From Terriglobia bacterium (GTDB lineage: Bacteria; Acidobacteriota; Terriglobia; 20CM-2-55-15), in assembly GCA_963664115.2 (NCBI GenBank), contig CAXWPJ010000005.1:290250-354249 (forward strand): a stretch of 64,000 nt of DNA, read 5' to 3'. Numbering within the stretch: position 1 is the first letter of the stretch; each line of letters opens with the position of its first letter. The translations under genes and the position numbers were made by a program. The notes beneath the pieces are model-generated. The model searched no databases and was not told the origin of the DNA. It saw nothing but the letters and a program-made list of their open reading frames with translations. Shown piece by piece: positions 10,360-19,980 of the stretch.

Positions 10360-10638
10360 CTATGGACGGGCCGGAACGGAGTCAAGGGAACTGGGAAGGT
10401 GGTAGCTTGAATTACACCACTCCACCAACGTCTTCTCGCTAACCTCGCCCATACACTTCGGGCACTTCGCGGCCTCTGACAGCAAGTAGTCAGTCGTCGT
10501 CCCATCCCGCCCCGTCGCATCATCCAATAGCCAGCACAGCGGTATCTCAGCTTCGTCCGCACATTGTTCACAGCCGAGGATCTGACTCTGTACCTGGAGG
10601 GCTGTGGCTTTGCTGATTGCGATTAGAGCGATTGGCAT
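10360..10638 (-). CDS. Small CxxC...CxxC zinc-finger-like protein
   Basis: GCEQC and KCPKC pairs; stop 9 nt upstream of peptide A start. Confidence 0.7.
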   Translation of the reverse strand: MPIALIAISKATALQVQSQILGCEQCADEAEIPLCWLLDDATGRDGTTTDYLLSEAAKCPKCMGEVSEKTLVEWCNSSYHLPSSLDSVPARP

Positions 10639-10783
10639 GTGACTGTGGTTGCAGGTCGGGTGCTAGATGGCAAAGCACGGCAGGAGAGGGCTTGGACTAC
10701 GCGCGCGGTTGGTTTATCGCGGGAAGTGGGGTTGGGAAGTCGCGGTTTCGATGGCGAACGACTGCTGTCGAGTTTCTGTTTTT

Positions 10784-10999
10784 CTAGAGATCCCGCAGCA
10801 GCTTGGACAGGTCGGTGCCGAGTCCTCCCGCCAAGTCACTCATCTTGATCAGGCAGGGTTCCTTCTTTCCGTTCTCTAATTCGCTCAAGTAGCTGACATC
10901 CATTCCGACACGATACGCGAGTTCTTCCTGCGACCAGCTCTGCTTCTTGCGGAGTTGCCGTAGGCGTTTGCCGAACGCGACACAAATGTCGTTGGACAT
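10784..10999 (-). CDS. XRE-family HTH regulator, RM controller (C-protein)-like
   Basis: FGKRLRQLR..SQEELA...SYLSELENGKKEPCL, 71 aa. Confidence 0.88.
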   Translation of the reverse strand: MSNDICVAFGKRLRQLRKKQSWSQEELAYRVGMDVSYLSELENGKKEPCLIKMSDLAGGLGTDLSKLLRDL

Positions 11000-11011
11000 G
11001 CGCCCAGCATT

Positions 11012-11046
11012 GGCTATAGCCTATATTCACACCATAGGCTATAGCC
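11012..11046. promoter_or_regulatory. Double palindromic operator (C-box-like)
   Basis: Perfect 13-bp IR GGCTATAGCCTAT-N9-ATAGGCTATAGCC, each arm containing palindrome GGCTATAGCC, 12 bp upstream of the XRE start. Confidence 0.7.
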
Positions 11047-11078
11047 CAAGCTGTATGCAATTGGGAAGGAGGAACCAA

Positions 11079-11707
11079 ATGCTATCAGTCATTCTGCTAG
11101 TACTGTCGCTTCAGAGCCCCGACGAGTTGGATCTAATAGGAAGCCGATTGCCTTCGCTGTCCGGAGTACCTGTTACGATAGCCAGTGGACCGCCTAATTT
11201 CCCCAGCGATTCTCTCCGCGTGCATCTGTCGGTCGGACTCGACGTTGACGTTTTCAGGAATCTTGAACGCGAGATTTCGGGCTGGAACGCGGAACAAAGT
11301 AGGCCTCGGCTTGAAATAGTCGATTCGGCGCTTGAAGCGGAGGTGATTCTAGCAAGACACCCTATCCCAGAGGCCACTCGGATAGAGCGACAGCAAGGCA
11401 CTACTTTAGGTGGATTGTTCGGGGCGCTGTCTGATGGCCTAAGTTGCGGTGGCATTTCACCGGCAGAATGCAGAGAAAGACAGGAGCGCAGCCGAGCGGA
11501 TCGCCCCCAACCCACGTGAGGTCACAAGCGTTGTTGCCGGTATACGAATACATATTTCTCCTTGAGTCTGGATCTTTGAAACTCTTGCACCGTGACATGC
11601 GAACGACTACCGTCCAGACTAGGCGTTTTCCCGCTGCGAACGACGTGCGCGGCTCTACCGGAACAGAACTCACGACTAGGCTCTTCGAGTTGCTTAGGCA
11701 GCGGTGA
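11079..11707 (+). pseudogene. Hypothetical secreted protein, probably frameshifted near 11510
   Basis: AGGAGG RBS, hydrophobic N-terminus MLSVILLVLSLQ; stop at 11519 while protein-like sequence continues in another frame to 11707. Confidence 0.45.
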
Positions 11708-11798
11708 TTCAATCGCTTGAGGACGGTCACAACTCCGAATGTTGACCGAGTTTTCGCCACCAACGTGCGCGGCTGTGTGCGTACACAAAAGACCCCAC

Positions 11799-13183
11799 GA
11801 GTTATTGTCAAAAGTGGTGTTTAGGAGATTGATTCAAGCGGCGGCCTGATCGACTTGTGTCGCTTCGACACCATCGTTGAATTTCACTCCGATGATTACC
11901 TTGCTCAGATCATCGAATCCTCGTAATCGTCGCCAATTGTTCTCAGCGCACTGGCCCAGTTTGAACATCATGTGCAGCATGCCATCCCGTGTCAGGCAAC
12001 CTCTGGATCGCTTCGTTCGGTGTCGAATGGTGGCAAAGGTCGACTCAATGGGATTCGTCGTTCTGATGCTCTGCCAGTGCTTGGCCGGAAAGTCGTAAAA
12101 GGCCAGCAGTTCCTCTCTGTCTTTCTGCAGGCAGAGTGTGGCTTTCGGATACTTCGGTTCATAGGTTTCAATGAACAAGTCGAATGCCTTCTCGGCGTCT
12201 GCCTTCGTCTCGGCCTGCCAGATCGAGTGCAGGGCCTGTTTCGCCTTCGCCTGGACCGACTTGGGCAGGCAGTTGAGGACGTTCATGACTTTGTGCATCC
12301 AGCAACGTTGTTGACGTGTCTCGGGATAGATTTCCTCCAGTGCGGCCCAGAACCCCATCGCACCGTCACCGATGGCCAACTTCGGAACATTCATCCCACG
12401 GGACTTCAGCTTCAACAAGACCTCGCGCCAACTCTGTGTCGATTCCCGTACACCGTCTTCGATCGCCAGGAAACGCTTCTCTCCGCGTTCATTCACGCCG
12501 ATCACGACCAATGCACACAACTTGGTTTGTTCCGCCCGAAGTCCGCTGTAGATGCCGTCGGCCCAGACATAGACCCAGCGATCTGCATCCAAACGCTCCT
12601 CGCATCCGAGGCGGTACTGTTCGCCCCAAACCTGTTTCAACCGCGATACCGTGCTCGCCGACAGACCCTGCGCCTGGGGACCGACAAGAACTTTTAGGGC
12701 CTCACCCATCTCGCCGCTGGAAACGCCTTTCAAATACAACCACGGCACCGCTGCTTCCAGCGACTTCGTCTTCCGAATGTACGGTGGTACCAGGGCCGAT
12801 CGGAACGTCACAGCTTCGCCCGTCTTGGCACGGACCTTCGGGATTTGGACTGTTACCGGACCCAATCCCGTCTGCAGTTCGCGTTCCGGCAGATAACCGT
12901 TGCGTACCACCCCGGCGTTTCCTGTCTCAGTTCGCCGGCCACCGTGCTGGGATAGCAGCTCTGCCAATTCGGCTTCCACTGCGCGTTGGATCAGTTGCTG
13001 TGCCCCAACTCGTAGTAGTTCTGTTACTGGATCCTCAATCGTTTCTCGACCTTCCGGTCCATTCACGTTACTCTTGCTCACAGTGGCGTATCTCCTATGG
13101 TTGCTTTGAAGTTTTGTCACAACAAATCAACCAGATACGCCGCTCTTATTCAATCCCTCAAACACCAGATTCGGTTATAACTC
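11799..13183 (-). mobile_element. IS256 family element, copy 2 (1385 bp, no TSD)
   Basis: Inverted copy of 6061-7445; flanks do not match each other. Confidence 0.92.
11834..13081 (-). CDS. IS256 family transposase
   Basis: Same protein as copy 1. Confidence 0.92.
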   Translation of the reverse strand: MSKSNVNGPEGRETIEDPVTELLRVGAQQLIQRAVEAELAELLSQHGGRRTETGNAGVVRNGYLPERELQTGLGPVTVQIPKVRAKTGEAVTFRSALVPPYIRKTKSLEAAVPWLYLKGVSSGEMGEALKVLVGPQAQGLSASTVSRLKQVWGEQYRLGCEERLDADRWVYVWADGIYSGLRAEQTKLCALVVIGVNERGEKRFLAIEDGVRESTQSWREVLLKLKSRGMNVPKLAIGDGAMGFWAALEEIYPETRQQRCWMHKVMNVLNCLPKSVQAKAKQALHSIWQAETKADAEKAFDLFIETYEPKYPKATLCLQKDREELLAFYDFPAKHWQSIRTTNPIESTFATIRHRTKRSRGCLTRDGMLHMMFKLGQCAENNWRRLRGFDDLSKVIIGVKFNDGVEATQVDQAAA

Positions 13184-13819
13184 ACAACTACACCATCCGT
13201 TCCGTCGCTTCAGTTCCCTCTCCTTCTCCGGTAATCCGAACATTCCAAGGCTCCCTGCTAGGACTGTAGGAGCGCGAGAACGAATAGAGACACAAAATGA
13301 CAATATGATCTTCATTGGATCTCTTCGCAGTGAAATTTCCACAGTTCTCCTGTGTTTTCATAGGGTTTTCCTGCCCCAAACACCCCTACTGTACATATAT
13401 TAAGAACAAATATTTAAGAATCATGTATTAAGCACGACGGGGGTTGTGAAAAATCAGAAAAGGATTGTGCTCAGAATCCATAGAGAGCTACTGAAACTCG
13501 GATTCGACATTTCCCAGCGATCAGTTTCCCGGCAAGGAGTTCCCTGCCCTGGGCAGTTCACCGCCAAGAACACCCAGGGACGGTATATACCCGCTTTACT
13601 GGATCTCCAAGGGCAGACGATGCCATTCAGTGCCCTGCCTTCTTGTTGTGCCACCCCGGCCCGGAAACTGCATCCACAGCCCCAAAATGGATTTGCCGCT
13701 CTGGTATCACGCCGGAGCCATGGGCAATAACTTCACCCACACGACTGACGCATAAGCCAGGCGATCTTGGAATCGGGAAAGACTCCGGAAAAGTTTCAGG
13801 ATCTTTTTCTTGCAGGAGT

Positions 13820-14107
13820 CTATTTTGGGAGTAGTCCGAACAGTTCCCGGTCCTCCGGCTTCGACAGGAAGCCATCGAGATCCTGCAGCACGGCCTCTTT
13901 CGCTTCAGGGTCCGAACTGAATTTCTGCATCATGCAGTGACCTACCAGTGCCGCGCGGCGTTCATTCAGTTTGCGCTGTTCCTCCCGGATCTGTTTCTTG
14001 ACCGCAGCGAGTCTTTTCTTGAGCGCATCCCGCTCATTTTTCTGCTGCTCCAGCAGCTTCTTTTCCTCTGCCGTAAGCAGGGAAAGTTCTTTATCGGTAT
14101 TCGGCAT
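13820..14107 (-). CDS. Plasmid mobilisation accessory protein (MobC/MobS-like)
   Basis: Coiled coil followed by RKLNERRAALVG...LDGFL..PEDRELFGL; AAGGAG RBS. Confidence 0.65.
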   Translation of the reverse strand: MPNTDKELSLLTAEEKKLLEQQKNERDALKKRLAAVKKQIREEQRKLNERRAALVGHCMMQKFSSDPEAKEAVLQDLDGFLSKPEDRELFGLLPK

Positions 14108-15014
14108 TTCTTCTCCTTAAATGTGTTCCAGATCCGGCCGCCAGAATCTCGATCTCCGAGCCTTGATCGCCTGGATATTCCCGTCCGTTCATCAGCCTGT
14201 CTCCATCATCGCCCATTTGGACTTGGACAATGCCCGGGTTGTCCAGAAGCTTCATTCCGGCCCGCCCAGTAGCCAAACCATCCACCGTCCCAACGGTATC
14301 CGTTCAATATTCTTTTCCAGTGTCTGCGGCGGCCGACTCCCCACGCAGCCCGTCGTTGTATAACCACGGTTGAACTCCTTACGTTCGGCCACCGCCGGCG
14401 TCGAGTCTAGCGCGATCGTCTTCAGGTCCATTTCGCTATGATTCCCTGCCCCCGTCGAATAAGTCTCCAGGAATGTATAGTCAAAATCAGAAGCTCTGTC
14501 CGCGAGGAAGTACTGTCCGGTGACCCGGCCGATTTGCACCCGCCGTGCGCGGATGGGTTAAGCATAATAATACGGAGCCAGGAATCGGTGCAGGAACCCA
14601 TCGGCTCCTGGAGGCTCTGTTTCTTGCGGCGCACACATGCCGGCCATCGCAAAGAGTACGGCCGCACCAACGGTCCCTGGGTCGCCGCTTCGGGCGGCTC
14701 GTGGTGCCGGGTGGCCGCCCGCGAGATCGCCCCGGTTTTCCGTTGTTCGCTCTGACTGGCCCGCGATCCACCGCGCCGAATGTTGTCTCGCCATTTTCCC
14801 GTAGCCTTGCTTGCTCCGGCGGGGACCGGCGCAGGGACCGCGGCCAGACCGCGCCGCTCGCCCCGGGGGCGTCTGTCACGGCCCCTGCTCTTTGGCCGGT
14901 GATTCCCTGCCACCCCGCAGCTAGCGACGGACCCCCTGGCCGGGTTTGGTCGGTGCCGTCTGTTCCGGGTGAGCGACACACGCTCCAAACCCTTAAACCA
15001 GGAGGATTCAATCA

Positions 15015-15278
15015 ATGGCGAGTAACTCAAAACCCGCGGGGGAACTCAGGATCGGAGCCGTCAAGGCGACCATTTGGGAAAACGAGGTCGGGGGCATCAC
15101 CCGGCATAACGTCACCTTTTCGCGCATCTACCGAGACGAGGGTCAGTGGAAGACCAGGCAGAGCTTCGGCTTCAAGAACCTGCTCACTCTCGCCAAGGTC
15201 GCCGACCAGGCGCACACGCTCATCGCCGAGCGCAACGCCGAGGCGGCCAGCGCGGCAGAGGACAGCGAAGCCGTATAA
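15015..15278 (+). CDS. Small plasmid-type protein, possible PC4-like ssDNA-binding fold
   Basis: AGGAGG RBS; VKATIWEN..NVTFSRIYRDEGQWK..SF..LLTLAK pattern. Confidence 0.6.
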   Translation: MASNSKPAGELRIGAVKATIWENEVGGITRHNVTFSRIYRDEGQWKTRQSFGFKNLLTLAKVADQAHTLIAERNAEAASAAEDSEAV

Positions 15279-15389
15279 ACGGCCGCACCTTACGGCGGCG
15301 GGTTCACCCCCGTCGCCTTTTTGGTATCGAGAAGCGGTACGGCTCCAATCTTCTAGCGATCCAGGCGAATCGTTTCAGCCCCTTTGCTA

Positions 15390-15520
15390 GGCTCTATACC
15401 CGAGCTATGCTGAGGGCCGAGCGGCCCAGTGTTCTCTTCGACCGAGCGACGGCTCGTCTGGCAGAAGGTAAAGAGCCTACTTCCCGGTGTCATCGTCCTT
15501 GAGCGACCTGTCTCGTCCGC
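15390..15520 (+). pseudogene. Tn3-family transposase internal fragment
   Basis: LYTRAMLRAERPSVLFDRATARLAEGK / LPGVIVLERPVS resembles the TnpA N-terminal region; frameshifted. Confidence 0.5.
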
Positions 15521-15828
15521 ACGAAACCGGGCTGTGAAGCCTTGTGGTGTCTCCTGAGTGCTCTGCCAACTCCGGAGCAGCGTGCCACTCGCGATGCGAT
15601 GCTCCGGGTCCCCGAGCGGAGCCGACGATTCGAACCTGGGAGGTGTCCGAAATCCGTCAGCTCAGCTGCGTGTAGCCGTCAACGATCGTTTTGTAGTGCG
15701 CTGTCAATTTCGTGATCTGCTGACTCAATTCGTCGATTTGCTGCTTCAAGCCCGCCATGCTGTGGCTTTGCCATCGCAACTCCCTCCGCAAGGTCACGAC
15801 GGATACGGCCTGCAGCTTCATCGCGTCG

Positions 15829-15890
15829 GGTTCTGGTGCAGATAGGATTGTCGGAAGGATAAGATCAGGAGTGCGCGGCGCAGGCGGCAG
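15829..15890 (-). mobile_element. Orphan IS6 right end
   Basis: GGTTCTGGTGCAGATAGGATTGTC matches the IRR region of the IS6 at 18139-18966. Confidence 0.7.
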
Positions 15891-16004
15891 GGCGATCCCC
15901 GTCGCGGCCCGTTCAAAGTTGCACACACGTATCGCCGACAAAAAAGAAGAGCTGTGCTGGTATAGCAGCACAACGGCATGATGTTACAATGGCAGGCAGT
16001 TCTC

Positions 16005-16751
16005 ATGAGAAAGCTCGCCGTAAGCATCACAAAGGGGGGGACTGGCAAGACGACCACAGCAGTGAACCTGGCAGCCGGCCTAGCGCTGCAAGGGGCACGT
16101 GTCCTTCTGATTGATGCTGACAGTCAAGGACAGGCTGGTCAAATGCTCGGACTGAAGCCCGAGCATGGACTTGCAGAGGTCATTTCTCAAGCTACGAAGC
16201 CTGAGACGGCGGTGGTTGAAGCCAGACCAAATCTCTATTTGTTGGCTGGCGGTAGAGCGCTAGCTGGCATCCGTCGGCTTATCGCTAGGAAGGATTTCGG
16301 GTCTGAGCGGACACTTACCGAGGTTCTTGAATCTATAGAAGGTCAGTACGACTTCGTTATTTTCGATACGGCTCCCGGCTGGGACCCCTTGACAGTCAAT
16401 GTTTTGTTCTATGCAACTGAGGTTTTAGCCCCCGTTTCCCTGGAGATCCTCGCGATCCAAGGACTCGTTGAGTTCATTGGCAATATTGATTCAATCCAGA
16501 AATACAATCCAGCCATCACACTTCAGTATGTACTGCCTACCTTTTTCGACCGGCGAGTGAAGAAATCAGCAGAGATCTTTGCTCAACTTGAAGCCTACTG
16601 TGGAGACAAACTCTGCCCACCAATCCGCTATAACGTACGTCTAGCTGAGGCCCCAGGCCACAGTCAGACGATTTTTGAATACGCCCCAAAATCAGTGGGG
16701 GCTCAAGACTACCAAAGGCTTACCGAGAGGATTCAAAATGGCAGAGCGTAA
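16005..16751 (+). CDS. parA: ParA/Soj family partition ATPase (type Ib-like)
   Basis: Deviant Walker A KGGTGKTTT, LIDADSQ, FDTAP; no N-terminal HTH. Confidence 0.9.
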   Translation: MRKLAVSITKGGTGKTTTAVNLAAGLALQGARVLLIDADSQGQAGQMLGLKPEHGLAEVISQATKPETAVVEARPNLYLLAGGRALAGIRRLIARKDFGSERTLTEVLESIEGQYDFVIFDTAPGWDPLTVNVLFYATEVLAPVSLEILAIQGLVEFIGNIDSIQKYNPAITLQYVLPTFFDRRVKKSAEIFAQLEAYCGDKLCPPIRYNVRLAEAPGHSQTIFEYAPKSVGAQDYQRLTERIQNGRA

Positions 16752-17109
16752 AACCACGCCCGATATCATGGGAGCATTGTTGGGGAAAGAGCCGGAACCT
16801 GTGTCAAAGTCAACCAAGCCAAGAAAACAGCGAGACAGTATGTCGATGAGACATCATACTGGCTTCCCAGCAAGACAGCCTGCTGGTGATCTAAAAGCTG
16901 TTAAGGCGACGTACTATTTTTCTCCTGAAACTATAGAAGCAATTGATGAAGCCTGGATGAGGCTGCGTCGGCTGGCTGGAACTCCAGGACGGTCTAGCGT
17001 TTCCAAATCACTGATCGTAGAGAATGCAATTCAAATGGCGCTCCAGGAGCTTGAGAACAAGGGGGACAAAAGCCAGATTGCCAGTATGACAGTACGCCGC
17101 CATCGGTGA
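16738..17109 (+). CDS. ParA partner, putative ribbon-helix-helix centromere-binding protein
   Basis: Overlaps parA stop; disordered N-terminus then KATYYFSPET..SKSLIVENAI. Confidence 0.65.
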   Translation: MAERKTTPDIMGALLGKEPEPVSKSTKPRKQRDSMSMRHHTGFPARQPAGDLKAVKATYYFSPETIEAIDEAWMRLRRLAGTPGRSSVSKSLIVENAIQMALQELENKGDKSQIASMTVRRHR

Positions 17110-17269
17110 CTGAACAGTTGGCTGGTGGCGGAAGGACTCTGCAATTTTAATCTTTCTTCCGTGCGTTTTAGGAAAGGTCTTACTGGTTCGCTTCCGAGAT
17201 CCTACTCGAGGTTGTAATCCCAGCGAAAGAGGCACAATGGTAAGCCCAGGTTGTGTTCCAACAATCTGA

Positions 17270-17480
17270 CTGAGTGTTTCGGCCCGCACGCCGCGCTGGC
17301 GGGGTTGGTGGGCAGGACCAGGGCGACGACGAGCCAGTCGAAGAGCATCCGGATTCTGGGGAGATGGAGTTTGACCGAAGGCGCTGCCATCCGGCTTTGC
17401 AGTTCTTCGACGGAGGCCGCCATGTGGACCGACTCGACCTCGCGCAGATCGGCGATGCCGTGCCGTGCGTCGTCGGGGTC
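17270..17480 (-). pseudogene. Tyrosine recombinase fragment
   Basis: VHMAASVEEL...APSVKLHL..IRMLFDWLVV...NPA..GPKHS matches a common plasmid integrase N-terminal region. Confidence 0.55.
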
Positions 17481-17688
17481 GGGCGCCAGCAGGGCAGGGA
17501 GCCGTCCCTCGCGGCTCCGCTCCACCGGCGGTGCGGTGACGGCACGGCGGATAGCCGACGGGTTCGGGGGTGGATCAGCGGTCATTCCATTGGATGATAA
17601 GGTCCTTTGAACTAAGCCGCAGGCGCTCGGAGTCTGCGTCCTGTAGATAGATCCCTTCCCATACAGTGGGGTCATAAGGAGGTGGCTT

Positions 17689-18138
17689 ATGACCCCACTA
17701 CGAAAACGACTGCTGGATGAACTCCGGCGACGCAACTATGCGCCTGGAACGATTCGCAGCTACATGATCACGTTCGAGCAGTTTCGCCAATACCTGGGCA
17801 AGTCTCCCGCCGATGCGGGAGGCGAGGAACTGCGACGGTTCCAGCTGCACATGTTGCGGAAGCAGAAGCTGGCCCCCAAGACGGTGGAGGCTCGGATCTC
17901 CGCGTTGCGCTTTCTCTACAAGAAGGTGTTGCGCCGAGCCGATCTGGCCATCGATGACCTGCCATTTCCCAAGACGGCCCGGAAACTGCCGACGATTCTG
18001 AGTCCAGATGAAGTCGGGCAGTTGATCCAGTCGGCCGTGACACCGATGCACCGGGCGATCCTGATGGTGCTCTACGGCACCGGTGCCCGCCGAAGAGAAG
18101 CTTCGATGTTGAAGGTCACCGACATCGACAGCCGGCGG
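17689..18138 (+). pseudogene. Tyrosine recombinase (IS91-associated type), truncated by IS6
   Basis: AAGGAGG RBS; MTPLRKRLLDEL..RNYAPGTIRSY..LPTILS..YGTGAR; ends at the IS6 IR. Confidence 0.8.
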
Positions 18139-18966
18139 GGTTCTGGTGCAGATAGCGAAGGGACTTGGCGATAATGGGATATGGCGCATCGCAAAACTGA
18201 ACGGAATCCCCTATTTGCCGGACGTTGGTTCGAAGACGACATCATTCTCCTCTGCCTTCGCTGGTATTTTCGATTCAAACTGAGTTACCGGGACCTGGTT
18301 GAGATTTTAGGTGAGCGGGGTGTATCGATTTCGCACACCACGATCTTGCGTTGGGTCGTTCGCTATGCGGACACGTGTGAAAAGCGCTGGCGCCGATTCG
18401 AGCGACCGGTGGGTGGGAGTTGGCGGGTTGATGAAACGTTTATCAAGGTGCGGGGCCAGTGGATGTATCTGTACCGCGCCGTGGACGGACAGGGCAACAC
18501 CGTGGAGTTCTATCTCAGTCGAACACGTGGCATCGCGGCGGCGAAGGCCTTCTTTCCGAAGGCACTGAAGCATCATCGGGAGCCACACAGCATCACCTTG
18601 GATGGCCACCAGCCGAGCCATAGCGCGCTGCGGCGCATGGGAATGAACGGTGAGTTCAACTTCCGGGGGCGGAACATGGTGACGATTCGTTGCTGTCAGT
18701 ATCTGAACAACGTTGTGGAGCAGGACCACCGCCGGGTGAAGGGGCGCTTGCGCCCGATGTTGGGATTCAAGACGTTCTACAATGCGCGACGCGTGATTAT
18801 CGGCATCGAGTTGGCGCAGAAGATTCACAAACGCCAGTTCGCAATTCCGGTCCCATGGCAATCGACTCCCGCAGTGATCTGGCGTCACGTCATGGCAGCA
18901 TAGTCCGCATCGCCGCAGCGCACTCCTAGTCTTATCGCTCTGACAATCCTATCTGCACCAGAATCC
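18139..18966 (+). mobile_element. IS6 family element A1 (828 bp)
   Basis: IRs GG(T/A)TTCTGGTGCAGATAG-like; no TSD. Confidence 0.9.
18181..18903 (+). CDS. IS6 family transposase
   Basis: LSYRDL, WRVDETFIKV, YLYRAVD, YLNNVVEQDHR. Confidence 0.92.
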   Translation: MAHRKTERNPLFAGRWFEDDIILLCLRWYFRFKLSYRDLVEILGERGVSISHTTILRWVVRYADTCEKRWRRFERPVGGSWRVDETFIKVRGQWMYLYRAVDGQGNTVEFYLSRTRGIAAAKAFFPKALKHHREPHSITLDGHQPSHSALRRMGMNGEFNFRGRNMVTIRCCQYLNNVVEQDHRRVKGRLRPMLGFKTFYNARRVIIGIELAQKIHKRQFAIPVPWQSTPAVIWRHVMAA

Positions 18967-19254
18967 ACTTCCTTCAGCAGTGCGAATACACATATTGCGT
19001 GCAAAATGAGAAGAGCGAATGGCGCTTTGTGCCGCATGAACGTGATTCAGAAACCGGATCCATTCCTGATGGCATTCGGGCGGGGCGATTCCAACATGGA
19101 CGTCATTTGGAAGTTCAACCTTCCTGCGGCGGAGCGTCTGAAGGTTTTGAAATCACTCGACAGGTCTAACATAAATGCGTTCTCGCTGTTTCAGTCTGAA
19201 GAAAGCCTTATGGAGACGATGGCTTTTCGAGAGCTAAATTGCTGCAGGCTATAG
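18967..19254 (+). pseudogene. FRG-domain-like protein C-terminal remnant with 28-bp insertion
   Basis: HFLQQCEYT..WRFVPHER [insert 19043-19070] AFGR..DVIWKFNLPAAERLKVLKSLDRSNINAFSLF. Confidence 0.55.
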
Positions 19255-19289
19255 TTTCCGGTGAAACCACCAACGAAATCGCAATCAAG

Positions 19290-19337
19290 AGCACTCCCGG
19301 GCTTATCGCTCCGACAATCCTATCTGCACCAGAATCC
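19290..19337 (+). mobile_element. Orphan IS6 right end
   Basis: CTTATCGCTCCGACAATCCTATCTGCACCAGAATCC nearly identical to 18931-18966. Confidence 0.7.
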
Positions 19338-19439
19338 TCGCTGGGCGATGTTGCTAACGCCGCCTCCGTCAGCGGTCGAAGGTCTCCTCCAGTCCGGCAA
19401 TGATCATGATGGTGACCTCCTGGCCACGACGGTCGACCA

Positions 19440-19980
19440 CGACGAACGGTATCGTCTCGCCGTCCACACAAAGCGTTACAACAAGCAGATTCCCGGCCAT
19501 CACGTACAGGTAGACGTCAAGTTTCTCAGCTTTGTCGGGAGGAACAACAGCCCGATCAAACGTTAACAATACACGGCGATCAACGATGCCACGCGCATCC
19601 GTGCCCTAAAGGTTTACCTCCGCCATAATCAGAAAAACGCCATTGGCTTCGTTGAGCATGTGCTTGAGAAATTCCCGTTTCGTGTGCAGAGCATCCGGAC
19701 CGACCGCGGGCACGAATTCCAGGCCAAGTTCCACTGGTATGTCGAAGACAACGGCATTCGCCATGTCTACATCAAGCCGCGCTCTTCACAGCTCAACGGC
19801 AAGGTCGAACGCTCCGATCGGACCGATCAGGAAGAATTCTATCCGTTACTCGACTACGTCGACGATGTCGATCTGAACAAGAAACTGGCCGAATGGGAAC
19901 GCTGCTACAACCTCACTCGACCCCATCGCGCCTTCGGTGGCCGAACCCCTTATGAGGCACTCCTAGAACCTTTACAATAG
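19440..19980 (+). pseudogene. IS481 family transposase remnant
   Basis: PGHHVQVDVKF..*QYTAINDATR..IRTDRGHEF..NGKVERS; in-frame TAA at 19564. Confidence 0.8.

Noticed and set aside
14108-15014. oriT or ssDNA promoter between mobC-like and ssb-like genes
   Set aside because: GC-rich with possible hairpins, but no recognisable nic consensus and no relaxase
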